DNA from: Candidatus Micrarchaeota archaeon
GTDB lineage: Archaea; B1Sed10-29; JAJSAI01
DNA length: 60,483 nucleotides
Assembly: GCA_964625085.1 (NCBI GenBank)
Contig: CAZVAJ010000004.1
Span: 367 to 60,849 of the forward strand
Direction: 5' to 3'
Part shown: positions 28,979 through 37,393 of the stretch, piece by piece
How the letters are laid out: every line of letters starts with the position of its first letter
Numbering within the stretch: the first letter of the stretch is position 1
Notes under the pieces: model-generated
Seen by the model: the letters and a program-made list of their open reading frames with translations, nothing else
Told to the model about the DNA's origin: nothing
Databases searched by the model: none
Translations under genes and position numbers: made by a program

Positions 28979-29478
28979 CAAGCGAAAAAAGCCGGGCAGG
29001 ATGGTACTTTCTTATTACAGTAGTTTTACTGTACTTGCTGGTGTTCACATTCTCTCCAGAAACTGGCTCGAACGCGGTTTTGTTCACTGGCAGTATATTC
29101 GTACAGCTGATTCCAATGATCCTGCTGATAATAGGCCTGACTGCCCTGATGAACTACTACGTGAAACCAAAAACTCTCGTAAACCACATGGGCAAAGGCT
29201 CTGGTATAAAAGGGTGGATTATAGCAACAGCATCAGGAATTATTTCAACAGGACCCATTTACATGTGGTATCCTCTGCTTAGCGAACTAAAAAACCATGG
29301 TGTCAGGAACGCGTTAATCGCAAGCTTCCTGTACAACAGAGCAGTAAAAATCCCTTTACTACCCCTGCTTGTGTTCTACTTCGGCGTGAAGTATGCCATG
29401 GTACTGACTATAGTAACCGTCTCATTGTCAATTATCGCAGGCTGGCTAACCGAAAAAATAATAGAGGTGATAAAATGA
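28975..29478 (+). CDS. Permease (DUF318-like), part 2
   Basis: ATGA overlap with previous gene; GSGIKGW, GIISTGPIYMWYPLL, FLYNRAVKIP. Confidence 0.8.
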   Translation: MTSEKSRAGWYFLITVVLLYLLVFTFSPETGSNAVLFTGSIFVQLIPMILLIIGLTALMNYYVKPKTLVNHMGKGSGIKGWIIATASGIISTGPIYMWYPLLSELKNHGVRNALIASFLYNRAVKIPLLPLLVFYFGVKYAMVLTIVTVSLSIIAGWLTEKIIEVIK

Positions 29479-29783
29479 AAATTGCAGTAGCGTCAGAAGG
29501 CCCTGACGAAAATGCAGACGTGTGCCCAACAGCAGGACGCGCGCCATGGTACCTCATATTCGAGGACAAAAAACTCGTGAAAAGCATGCGGAACCCGTTT
29601 GCAAGAGGGAGTGGCGGCGCTGGCTTTGGAGTGGCGCAGATGCTTGCAAATGAGGGGGTAACAAAAGTAATAAGCGGAAAATTCGGACAGAACATGATAC
29701 AAGCGATGCAGGAAAAGGGAATGGAGTACACTGAAATCAAAGGAAGTACTGTAAAGCAAGCAATTGAGGAGGTAACCAAATGA
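29475..29783 (+). CDS. NifB/NifX (dinitrogenase FeMo-cofactor binding fold) family protein, 1
   Basis: MKIAVAS, GRAPWY, NPF...GGAG..VAQ, VISGKFG. Confidence 0.88.
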   Translation: MKIAVASEGPDENADVCPTAGRAPWYLIFEDKKLVKSMRNPFARGSGGAGFGVAQMLANEGVTKVISGKFGQNMIQAMQEKGMEYTEIKGSTVKQAIEEVTK

Positions 29784-30112
29784 AAATCGCAATACCCATA
29801 AACGGGAAAAAATCAGAAGAACTGGCAGAACATTTCGGCAGGTGCCCTGCATACGCAGTACTAAACGAAAAGGGAGAACTAACAGGAACCATAGATAATA
29901 CAAGCGAACACGCTGGAGGAACTGGGCTTCCTCCAGAACTGCTGAAAAAACAGGGTATAACAATACTCATATGCAAAGGCATAGGGCCCAAAGCCATAAA
30001 CGCATGCAAGGAAGATGGGATAACAGTTTACACAACAACCGCACAAACAATAAATCAAGCATTCAAAGAATGGGAAAACAACGAATTAAAATCAGCAACG
30101 CCGTGCAAATGA
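29780..30112 (+). CDS. NifB/NifX family protein, 2
   Basis: MKIAIP, EHFGRCP, HAGG, LICKGIGPKA. Confidence 0.88.
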   Translation: MKIAIPINGKKSEELAEHFGRCPAYAVLNEKGELTGTIDNTSEHAGGTGLPPELLKKQGITILICKGIGPKAINACKEDGITVYTTTAQTINQAFKEWENNELKSATPCK

Positions 30113-30125
30113 AAAAGCAACAAGA

Positions 30126-30533
30126 TCACACAATACTAAAAGAACCCTCAACCAGCATAGAATACCTTTCGTACAATTTTTTCACCTGCCTTTCCCCAAC
30201 ACGCACCTTGCCAAAACACCTGTGGGGCACAAGGGCTCCTGAAAAAGTTTTAGGAATGTGCAAGAGCTCGTGAATCAAGGTCTTGTCTTTCTCAGGCTCA
30301 GGTAGTTTATCATACCTTTCTGAAATCACTTCTATCACATAGTGGGGGTCAAGAACAAGCGCAAGCTGCCAAACCTTGGGAAGCTCCCATATCCTCGCAA
30401 TAGCATTAGTACGTGTCTTGTAACTCCGGATAGCAGTCACCTTAGTGGCATCAATGTGCCCGAACTCTTCTTCAAGAACTTTGACTATCAAATGAATCTT
30501 GTCCTGAACATCTGGAGCAAGTTCTATTTTCAT
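30126..30533 (-). CDS. Putative metallopeptidase (archaeal COG4900-like)
   Basis: ARIWELP, YVIEVISE, LIHELLHIP..FSG HExxH motif. Confidence 0.85.
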   Translation of the reverse strand: MKIELAPDVQDKIHLIVKVLEEEFGHIDATKVTAIRSYKTRTNAIARIWELPKVWQLALVLDPHYVIEVISERYDKLPEPEKDKTLIHELLHIPKTFSGALVPHRCFGKVRVGERQVKKLYERYSMLVEGSFSIV

Positions 30534-31600
30534 ATTCCCAACTCCGCAAGCCTGACCAAACGGTCTAGTGAAAGCTTGTCAACAACCCCTATTATTTTCC
30601 TGTTGTGGACAACCGGAATAATCGTGACATTGTACTTGTTCATTCTTTTCAGGATCGTGTCAAGACTGCTTGCCGGAGAAGCAGGAGGAACATAAACTGA
30701 GACCTTCCGCGCGGGAGTATTTGGCCATTCAGTTTTAGGCACTTCTGAAACGTGCGCCAGCCCTGTCACCCTCACACCCCTGCCTTTAGCATGAACCAGC
30801 GCAGAAGTTGCGTTATACCTCATCATCTTTCTGACAAGTTCCAAAACAGGCTCTTCTGAATCAACAACAAGAAACATGTTAGTAACAAAATCTCCTGCCT
30901 TGTACCGCCTAAGAAGCTTGAGTACTGAAAGTGACTGGTACTCGGCAGAAGCCCCAAGCATTACAAAAATGCCTATAATTATCAGCCAGATGTTTCCAGC
31001 AATAAAGCCCACAATTACCATCAGCATTGAAAGGAATATGCTTATGTTTCTTGCAATCCTTGTAGCCCGCAAAACCCCTACCTTCATAGCAAGAACCGCG
31101 CGAAGCACCCTCCCCCCATCAAGGGGAAAAGCAGGTATGACCAAATTAAAGAAGCCTAGTATAAAGTTTGCCCAAAAGGCGTAGAACACAGTGAACTCGA
31201 TCAGGCTAAGATCAGGCACACTGCCTGAAAAAAAGGAATCAAGCCACTGCATCAGAGGCATCCCGGACGCAGCCGCTATAACGTAAAACAACGCCATCAT
31301 CACAAAATTAAAAGCAGGGCCTGCAACAGCCATCACGAACTCGTCCTTGGGGTTTATGTCCGTGATGTCCATCACAGCCATCCCGCCTATTGGAAGCAGG
31401 ATTATCTTTTTTACGCTGATCCCTCTTCTTACCGCAACAAGAGAGTGAGAAAACTCGTGAAGAGTAACAAAAAGGAACACGAACAAAAGCAAGAGCATAA
31501 AAGACCAGTCAAGAAGAAGAATCATCAGCAAGAATAACACGAACGACCAGTGCAGTTCAAGGTCTATTCCAAACAGCGAAAACAATTTATAGTTTCTCAA
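30530..31600 (-). CDS. Site-2 protease (M50) with C-terminal CBS domains
   Basis: LHEFSH, PIGG, AGP, FNL.PAFPLDGGR; CBS-like C-terminus; TTG start. Confidence 0.93.
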   Translation of the reverse strand: MRNYKLFSLFGIDLELHWSFVLFLLMILLLDWSFMLLLLFVFLFVTLHEFSHSLVAVRRGISVKKIILLPIGGMAVMDITDINPKDEFVMAVAGPAFNFVMMALFYVIAAASGMPLMQWLDSFFSGSVPDLSLIEFTVFYAFWANFILGFFNLVIPAFPLDGGRVLRAVLAMKVGVLRATRIARNISIFLSMLMVIVGFIAGNIWLIIIGIFVMLGASAEYQSLSVLKLLRRYKAGDFVTNMFLVVDSEEPVLELVRKMMRYNATSALVHAKGRGVRVTGLAHVSEVPKTEWPNTPARKVSVYVPPASPASSLDTILKRMNKYNVTIIPVVHNRKIIGVVDKLSLDRLVRLAELGI

Positions 31601-31613
31601 CCCTCATTCCTCC

Positions 31614-31790
31614 ATGACCGACGTTATGGGCACGTGCGATATATGTGGTAAACCCAGCAGAACTTTATATACCTGCTGGAAATGTGGCAGGAAAGTGTGC
31701 CCAGAGCATCATGATCCTGAAACAGGACTGTGCATAGTATGTGCATCACAGCTTAAAAAAGGGGGGCCTGCACCTTGGACAAAGAAATAA
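31614..31790 (+). CDS. Small Cys/His-rich zinc-finger protein; missing from the ORF track
   Basis: Translates MTDVMGTCDICGKPSRTLYTCWKCGRKVCPEHHDPETGLCIVCASQLKKGGPAPWTKK (58 aa): CxxC-CxxC-CxxH-CxxC; overlaps the RNA ligase start. Confidence 0.85.
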   Translation: MTDVMGTCDICGKPSRTLYTCWKCGRKVCPEHHDPETGLCIVCASQLKKGGPAPWTKK

Positions 31791-32911
31791 GGAGCATAAG
31801 CTTGCTTTCAGGGTGCTCTCCAGAACGGATAAGATCACTCCTAGAAAAAGGAGTGTTGCAAAGGGTGGGCATGGATCCTGTTTATTACAGATTCAGACAC
31901 AGACACAGAAAAATAGAAAAAGGCACAGTTATTTTTCCAGAAGAAAAAGAGATCATAAAAGGGTACCCGAAAATAAGAAGATTGTACACGCTCGAAAAAG
32001 GCCTTGGGAAATACTTTCCTAACAGGTTCTATGCAGAGGAAAAGCTTGATGGTTACAATGTAAGGGTTGCTCTTGTTGGGAATGAAAAGTACGCGCTTAC
32101 AAGAGGAGGTGTAATCTGCCCGTACACGACTGAAAGGATAAAAAGACAGGAAAAACAGGTGGCAGAATTCCTGGAAGAAAACCCTGAAAAAGTGTTGTGC
32201 GGAGAAGTGATAGGACTGGAAAACCCCTACCAGGAAAAAAGTTATCCTGAAGCAAGAGAATTCGGGTACTACATTTTTGACGTTAGGGACAAGAAAACCA
32301 ACAAACCCCTTCCGGTAGAGAAGCGCAGGCGCGTGCTAGAAGAACACAAGGTGAAACAGGTTCCTTTGCTTGGTTTGTTCAGACCGCGTGACTGGAAAAA
32401 ACTGCTGACAGAAGTTAGAATGCTAGGAAACCAGGGCAGGGAAGGAGTAGTACTAAAATCTCCTGACATGAAAACAGTGATAAAGTACACAAGCAACCAG
32501 AACACGAACAGGGACCTTGAGTACGCTTTCAGATTCTACTCTGACTACGGGCAGGCTTTCTTCTTCAGGAGAATAGTCAGAGAAGCTTTCCAGGCGTGGG
32601 AAACAGGCCTGGAAGGAAAAGCACTTGAGCAGGAAGCAGCCAGGCTGGGCAAAAGCATCATGTTTCCAATGGTGCAGACAATTCGGGAGATCGCTAACGG
32701 GAAAGAGGTTACAGAAGACTTTACGATAACCATGCCCTCCCGCAAGTTAGGGGAAGAATTTATCCAGCACCTTGAGCACCTCGGGATAGTCATAAGGGTG
32801 AACAAGATAGAAAAAACAAAAGAAGGCTACAAGTTCTGGATAAGCAGAAGGTACCAGAGCACGAATGACAAAACCAAACATTACATAGACGGAGGGCTTA
32901 GCGAGGAATGA
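31775..32911 (+). CDS. ATP-dependent RNA ligase, Pab1020/Rnl3 family
   Basis: GYPKIRR, EEKLDGYNVR (adenylated Lys), TRGG..CPYTT, LCGE, YIFD, REGVVLK. Confidence 0.92.
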   Translation: MDKEIRSISLLSGCSPERIRSLLEKGVLQRVGMDPVYYRFRHRHRKIEKGTVIFPEEKEIIKGYPKIRRLYTLEKGLGKYFPNRFYAEEKLDGYNVRVALVGNEKYALTRGGVICPYTTERIKRQEKQVAEFLEENPEKVLCGEVIGLENPYQEKSYPEAREFGYYIFDVRDKKTNKPLPVEKRRRVLEEHKVKQVPLLGLFRPRDWKKLLTEVRMLGNQGREGVVLKSPDMKTVIKYTSNQNTNRDLEYAFRFYSDYGQAFFFRRIVREAFQAWETGLEGKALEQEAARLGKSIMFPMVQTIREIANGKEVTEDFTITMPSRKLGEEFIQHLEHLGIVIRVNKIEKTKEGYKFWISRRYQSTNDKTKHYIDGGLSEE

Positions 32912-33148
32912 GGATCATGCCAAACTAATAAAAAACCCGGAGTCCTTCTTATCTGGCATGAACTCAAGACTTTCTTGCTAACACTCGAATCCCTAACAGG
33001 AAAAAGTAACTGTGTTATATGCGATCAGAAGTCAACCTAAAAAAGAGCGCGTGCTAAAAATAAAAACAGGCGGCTTCTGACTCTCAAATTTCCTTCGGCA
33101 TCGTTGCACTAAAATTTTGTCCTGTGGGGAGCATAACAGCGATTATAT

Positions 33149-33634
33149 TCAATTTCCTCCATGGCGCTTCTTATATTCATCCTGAATAAATTTTGGTGCA
33201 TATGATAAATATTTCTTTTGTAAAATTGGGGGTAATGTGAAAAAATCACCTTCAACGATTCCTATACAATTTTTACTTCCACACTTACATTTCATTTTCC
33301 AGCCTTCATCCAATGCACTTATACGATAGTCCGTGGTTATCTCTTCACCTTTCTTAATGGATTTTAGAGCATAAGCAGATTTTCCTTTAAAAATTGTATT
33401 TGGATCACAAGAATGATTAATGAAACATTCAGGAGATCGTTGCACTTCAAAGACTCCTTTTTCAATTTGATTGATGTGTTCTTGTTCTTCTGGTGGAAGT
33501 TTAGGAAAATCTTTTGATTTTATAATTTTACCTTTTCTGCTTCTAAAAATAAATTCTCCTTTCTTGAAATTTTTTAATGCAAAAACTCCTTTGCCCTTTT
33601 CTTTTGTTTCTTTAACTATTACGTCTTTGATCAT
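33149..33634 (-). CDS. SET domain protein-lysine methyltransferase with post-SET motif
   Basis: KGKGVFA, FINHSCDPN, IKKGEEITTDY, CKCGSKNC; markedly AT-rich. Confidence 0.92.
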   Translation of the reverse strand: MIKDVIVKETKEKGKGVFALKNFKKGEFIFRSRKGKIIKSKDFPKLPPEEQEHINQIEKGVFEVQRSPECFINHSCDPNTIFKGKSAYALKSIKKGEEITTDYRISALDEGWKMKCKCGSKNCIGIVEGDFFTLPPILQKKYLSYAPKFIQDEYKKRHGGN

Positions 33635-33843
33635 ATTTTAGAGTTATAATCTGTTTATTTATAATTTCATCGGAGTCAGCCCATGAACTTTTGAGGCACT
33701 CACTTTGTTGCGCTCCTCGACCACACTTCACTCGTCAGGAAGCACGGATTGACTCAACTCTCATGCAAAACAAAAAAGTTACTGCATAATAAATGTTTTG
33801 AACATAAAAACCAATAAAAAGAACGAACGAGTTTATTGACACC

Positions 33844-34764
33844 ATGTACTCAAAACTGGTTACTGCAGCAGGCCTTGTGTGGGATCGCATGGACCTCAAG
33901 CCAGAAGAATCTTTTCTCGTGCTCACTGATCACTCTGCTGACAAGAACGTGGCTGATGCCTTGTTCAAAGCAGGAAGAATGATATCAGAAAAAGGATTTT
34001 TCGTGAACATGCCTCCGACAGGAGAGCATGGAAAAGAACCTGGCGCCGGGATCACAAAACTTATGAGAGAATGCAGTGCAGTTGTGTGCCCGACAACATT
34101 CTCGCTCACTCACACGAAAGCTAGGAAAAAAGCCGCAGAACACGGGGCAAGAGTGGCAACAATGCCAGGCATAACGTCAGAGATTTTCACGAGGGCTCTG
34201 GACGTGGACTATAAGAGCATGACCGACCTCGGTAACAGGATAAAAAGACTGCTGGAAAAAGAAGGCAAGATCAAGGTGACAACACCCACAGGAACCAACA
34301 TTGTATTCAAGATAAAACAGGCCATAGTAGATGACGGGAACATTTCTTCCCCTGGAGCGTACGGAAACCTGCCTGCAGGGGAAGTATTCGGAATCCCTGT
34401 GGACGCGAACGGAGTAATAGTAATTGACCACTTTCCCCACGCTAAACCAAGGACAAAACTGTACGTTAAGAACAGCAGTGTAAGAGAAATTGAAGGAGAT
34501 CCAGAGTTCTGGAATAAAATCAAGCGCGTGAAAAACGCAACACACTTAGCAGAGTTCGGGATAGGCCTGAATCCTAGCGCAAGGCTCAGTGGAAGAATTC
34601 TTGAGGAAGAAAAGATGTTAGGAACAGTGCACTTCGCGATAGGCTCAGACCATTACTTCGGTGGAAAAGTCAAAGCAGGCCTGCACTGGGACATGATCCT
34701 GCTCAAGCCCACTGTTCAGGCAGGAAAAACAGACGTGATGATAGAAGGAGAAATGATCCTATGA
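33844..34764 (+). CDS. Aminopeptidase (M29-like)
   Basis: HGKEP, SLTHT, TMPG, NLPAGEV, AEFGIGLNP, EEEKMLGTVHFAIG, LHWD. Confidence 0.88.
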   Translation: MYSKLVTAAGLVWDRMDLKPEESFLVLTDHSADKNVADALFKAGRMISEKGFFVNMPPTGEHGKEPGAGITKLMRECSAVVCPTTFSLTHTKARKKAAEHGARVATMPGITSEIFTRALDVDYKSMTDLGNRIKRLLEKEGKIKVTTPTGTNIVFKIKQAIVDDGNISSPGAYGNLPAGEVFGIPVDANGVIVIDHFPHAKPRTKLYVKNSSVREIEGDPEFWNKIKRVKNATHLAEFGIGLNPSARLSGRILEEEKMLGTVHFAIGSDHYFGGKVKAGLHWDMILLKPTVQAGKTDVMIEGEMIL

Positions 34765-35696
34765 TGCTCGCGTATGGAGAAGGATGGTGCCAGTACTACA
34801 CAGGAGTTAGAGTCAGCGGATACGTTCTGATCAAGAAAAACGAAACAGTGCTCTTCACAAAAGAGCCGCGCCTGAAAACAAAAAGCCGCATTCTCAACAC
34901 AGCGCCGGAAGAATACCTGAAGAAAACTAAAAAACTGGGCATAGTGTACGAGGGGTTCCCGTTACCAGAATACAACAAATTGAAAAAAACAGGATTAAAA
35001 ATTTATGATTCCTCTGAAAAAGCCTGGGAAAAAAGAAAGGTAAAACAAAAGGAAGAGATCAGAAAACTGAAAAAAGCAGTTGCCTGGACTGCTAAAGTTT
35101 TCCAAGAGACCCTACCTGAAGTCACGCCAGGGATGACTGAAAAACACGTAGCTGCAGTAATAGCAGGAAAACTGCTGGAAAAAGCAGAAGCACTTTCCTT
35201 CCCACTCATAGTTGCAAGCGGGCCTAACACCGAACATATTCACTGGTACCCGACCAACCGTAAGATAAAAAGAGGGGACCTTGTGATAATAGACGCTGGA
35301 GTCATCATGAACGGGTATTGTTCTGACATGACCAGGACTCTCCTGCTGGGAAACGATAAAAAGAAAAAGGAGTTAATTGAAGCGTGCAAGCAAGCACACA
35401 TCTCGCTGCAGGATCACGCTCCCAGAACCCTAGAAGACACTGTTAGCGTCATAGAACAAGCGCTGGGAGAAAAGAAGAGGTTAACAAAATACGCGTACGG
35501 GCATGGAATAGGCATTGACGTGCACGAGCCTCCAGTACTACGAAAAAACGAAACAGGCCTGCTGAAAAAAGGAATGGTGCTCGCGATCGAACCAGGGCTG
35601 CATGTTAAAGGCCTTGGGGGTGCGAGAATAGAAGACGACTACTATTATGATGGAAAAAAGTGGGAGATGCTGGCAAAATGCGAGAGGAGGTTCTAA
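34761..35696 (+). CDS. Xaa-Pro aminopeptidase/prolidase (M24)
   Basis: SFPLIVASG, IDAG, YCSDMTRT, GHGIGIDVHE, IEPG, GARIEDD. Confidence 0.9.
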   Translation: MMLAYGEGWCQYYTGVRVSGYVLIKKNETVLFTKEPRLKTKSRILNTAPEEYLKKTKKLGIVYEGFPLPEYNKLKKTGLKIYDSSEKAWEKRKVKQKEEIRKLKKAVAWTAKVFQETLPEVTPGMTEKHVAAVIAGKLLEKAEALSFPLIVASGPNTEHIHWYPTNRKIKRGDLVIIDAGVIMNGYCSDMTRTLLLGNDKKKKELIEACKQAHISLQDHAPRTLEDTVSVIEQALGEKKRLTKYAYGHGIGIDVHEPPVLRKNETGLLKKGMVLAIEPGLHVKGLGGARIEDDYYYDGKKWEMLAKCERRF

Positions 35697-36229
35697 GGAT
35701 ACTGAAAAAACAGGCTCCTGTACTCTTCATAGTAATCATAATCACAGCATTGTGCTTTCCCCTGGACGAGCCTGTAGAGAATATCGTGAAAGATTACAGA
35801 AACCCGCAAACTGTAAAGGTGGCAGAAGCCCTCACCGTAATAGGCAACGTGTACTACGGGATTCCGGCACTACTTGGGATCCTGTTCTTTGTCAGAAGAA
35901 AAGACTTTGGCAGGACCCTGCTGGCCGTGATCATGGCAATGACCGCTGTGTTCATAATAAAGGAAATTGTGAACAGGCCAAGGCCTGTTCCTGCAGGAAA
36001 GTTTGACGCATACCCTTCAGGGCATACTGCCGCATCATTTTCGTTCTTTGGAGTACTATCAGAAACCACGAAAACAAAACTGTTTCTTGCAGTGCCTTTC
36101 ATGATTGGAGCAAGCAGAATAATCCTCGGCAGACACTACCTTAGCGATGTGGTTATGGGAGCAGGAATAGGGGTTATAATGGCAATGGCTTCAGGAGATG
36201 TTCTGGAACTTATTCGGTCTCGAGCTTGA
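35678..36229 (+). CDS. PAP2 family membrane phosphatase
   Basis: KEIVNRPRP, YPSGH, SRIILGRHYLSDV. Confidence 0.9.
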   Translation: MREEVLRILKKQAPVLFIVIIITALCFPLDEPVENIVKDYRNPQTVKVAEALTVIGNVYYGIPALLGILFFVRRKDFGRTLLAVIMAMTAVFIIKEIVNRPRPVPAGKFDAYPSGHTAASFSFFGVLSETTKTKLFLAVPFMIGASRIILGRHYLSDVVMGAGIGVIMAMASGDVLELIRSRA

Positions 36230-36431
36230 ATATTACTGTGCTGCCTTTGAGAGTCTCGTAAACCTTATCCGCGAGAGCCACTGCATCCTCAACTGTTGCA
36301 GCCTTGTTCCAGTCATACACGTAGTCATAATTCCCGTGAATAGGCCGGAATCCCATTGACATAAGCCTTTGAGTAACATTACTCGTCCGGTCCCCTTGAG
36401 TATTAAACCAAAGAGTGAGGTATGATTTCAT
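36210..36431 (-). CDS. Small hypothetical protein, tandem paralog 2
   Basis: MKSYLTLWFN..G...GF.P..GNYD..YDW...ATVE...FKLET shared with neighbour. Confidence 0.8.
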   Translation of the reverse strand: MKSYLTLWFNTQGDRTSNVTQRLMSMGFRPIHGNYDYVYDWNKAATVEDAVALADKVYETLKGSTVIFKLETE

Positions 36432-36437
36432 AACGCA

Positions 36438-36659
36438 TCACACTGTTTCAAGCTTGAAAAGAACAGCTGCTTCCTTAAGCAGGGCTTGTATCCGGTCTCC
36501 AAGGTCAAGAACTTCTTCAACAGTAGCTGGCCTTCCCCAGTCATACTCCATGTCATAGTTTCCTTTCACTGGCTTGAACCCTATGTCCTCAAGCTTCTGC
36601 ACTATCTGGGACGGTGGAATGCCTTCACTGTTAAACCAAAGCGTGATATACGTTTTCAT
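36438..36659 (-). CDS. Small hypothetical protein, tandem paralog 1
   Basis: Same length (73 aa) and motifs as 36210-36431. Confidence 0.8.
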   Translation of the reverse strand: MKTYITLWFNSEGIPPSQIVQKLEDIGFKPVKGNYDMEYDWGRPATVEEVLDLGDRIQALLKEAAVLFKLETV

Positions 36660-36783
36660 GAAACATATTCCTGCTTAAGAGGTATAAAAAAGTTGTCTTC
36701 AGCGCAGGCATGTTTTTAAAGATCAAAACGTCTGACACGGTGCTAAAATCCAGGATACTCATTTAAAGCAGGTTTCTGGAAAC

Positions 36784-37356
36784 ATGATGATGGTGTACTC
36801 TCCTGCTGAGGACTCGTGGCTGCTTGCAGAAAATATTCCTGAGCCATTTGGATCAAAAGAATTCCTTGACATAGGATGCGGGACAGGAATCATAGGAATC
36901 AATGCTGCTAGGAAAGGATGGCATGTCACGTGCACAGACATTGATCCCCTCGCGGTAAAAACCGCGCGAAGGAACTTTGAGAAAGAAGACCTTTCTGGAG
37001 AATTTTTGGTAGGAGATCTTTTTGAGCCTGTTAAAGGAAGAAAATTTGACGTGATAGCATTCAACACACCCTACCTTCCAACAGGGCAAGAAGACCAGGA
37101 TGCTGAAAACAGAATAGTGTGGGACGGTGGAAAAGAGGGAATAAACCATGCAGTATCAACGATTAAACAAGCAGGCGGGTTCTTGTCAGAGGAGGGAGAA
37201 ATCATCATACTTGTCTCAAGCCTGGGTAACATTAAGAAACTGTTCAGGATAGCCCGCGAGCAAGGATACAATGTTAGCATTATAGCGTGCAAGAAACTTT
37301 TCTTTGAAGAACTTCTTGTACTATCTTTCAAAAAATCGTCAGCAGAAAACGCGTGA
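36784..37356 (+). CDS. HemK2/Mtq2 family methyltransferase
   Basis: VYSPAEDSWLL, LDIGCGTG, FNTPYLP (NPPY-like), WDGG, LFFEEL. Confidence 0.9.
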   Translation: MMMVYSPAEDSWLLAENIPEPFGSKEFLDIGCGTGIIGINAARKGWHVTCTDIDPLAVKTARRNFEKEDLSGEFLVGDLFEPVKGRKFDVIAFNTPYLPTGQEDQDAENRIVWDGGKEGINHAVSTIKQAGGFLSEEGEIIILVSSLGNIKKLFRIAREQGYNVSIIACKKLFFEELLVLSFKKSSAENA

Positions 37357-37393
37357 GAAACTGTTATATAATCGTTCCAACAGAAAAGGTCTG

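Noticed and set aside
29475..30112. NifB/NifX-family genes as evidence of nitrogen fixation
   Set aside because: These stand-alone domains are common in non-diazotrophs and no nifHDK is present in the window.
32912..33050. Possible pseudogene fragment after the RNA ligase
   Set aside because: Only short open stretches without a credible start or recognisable motif.
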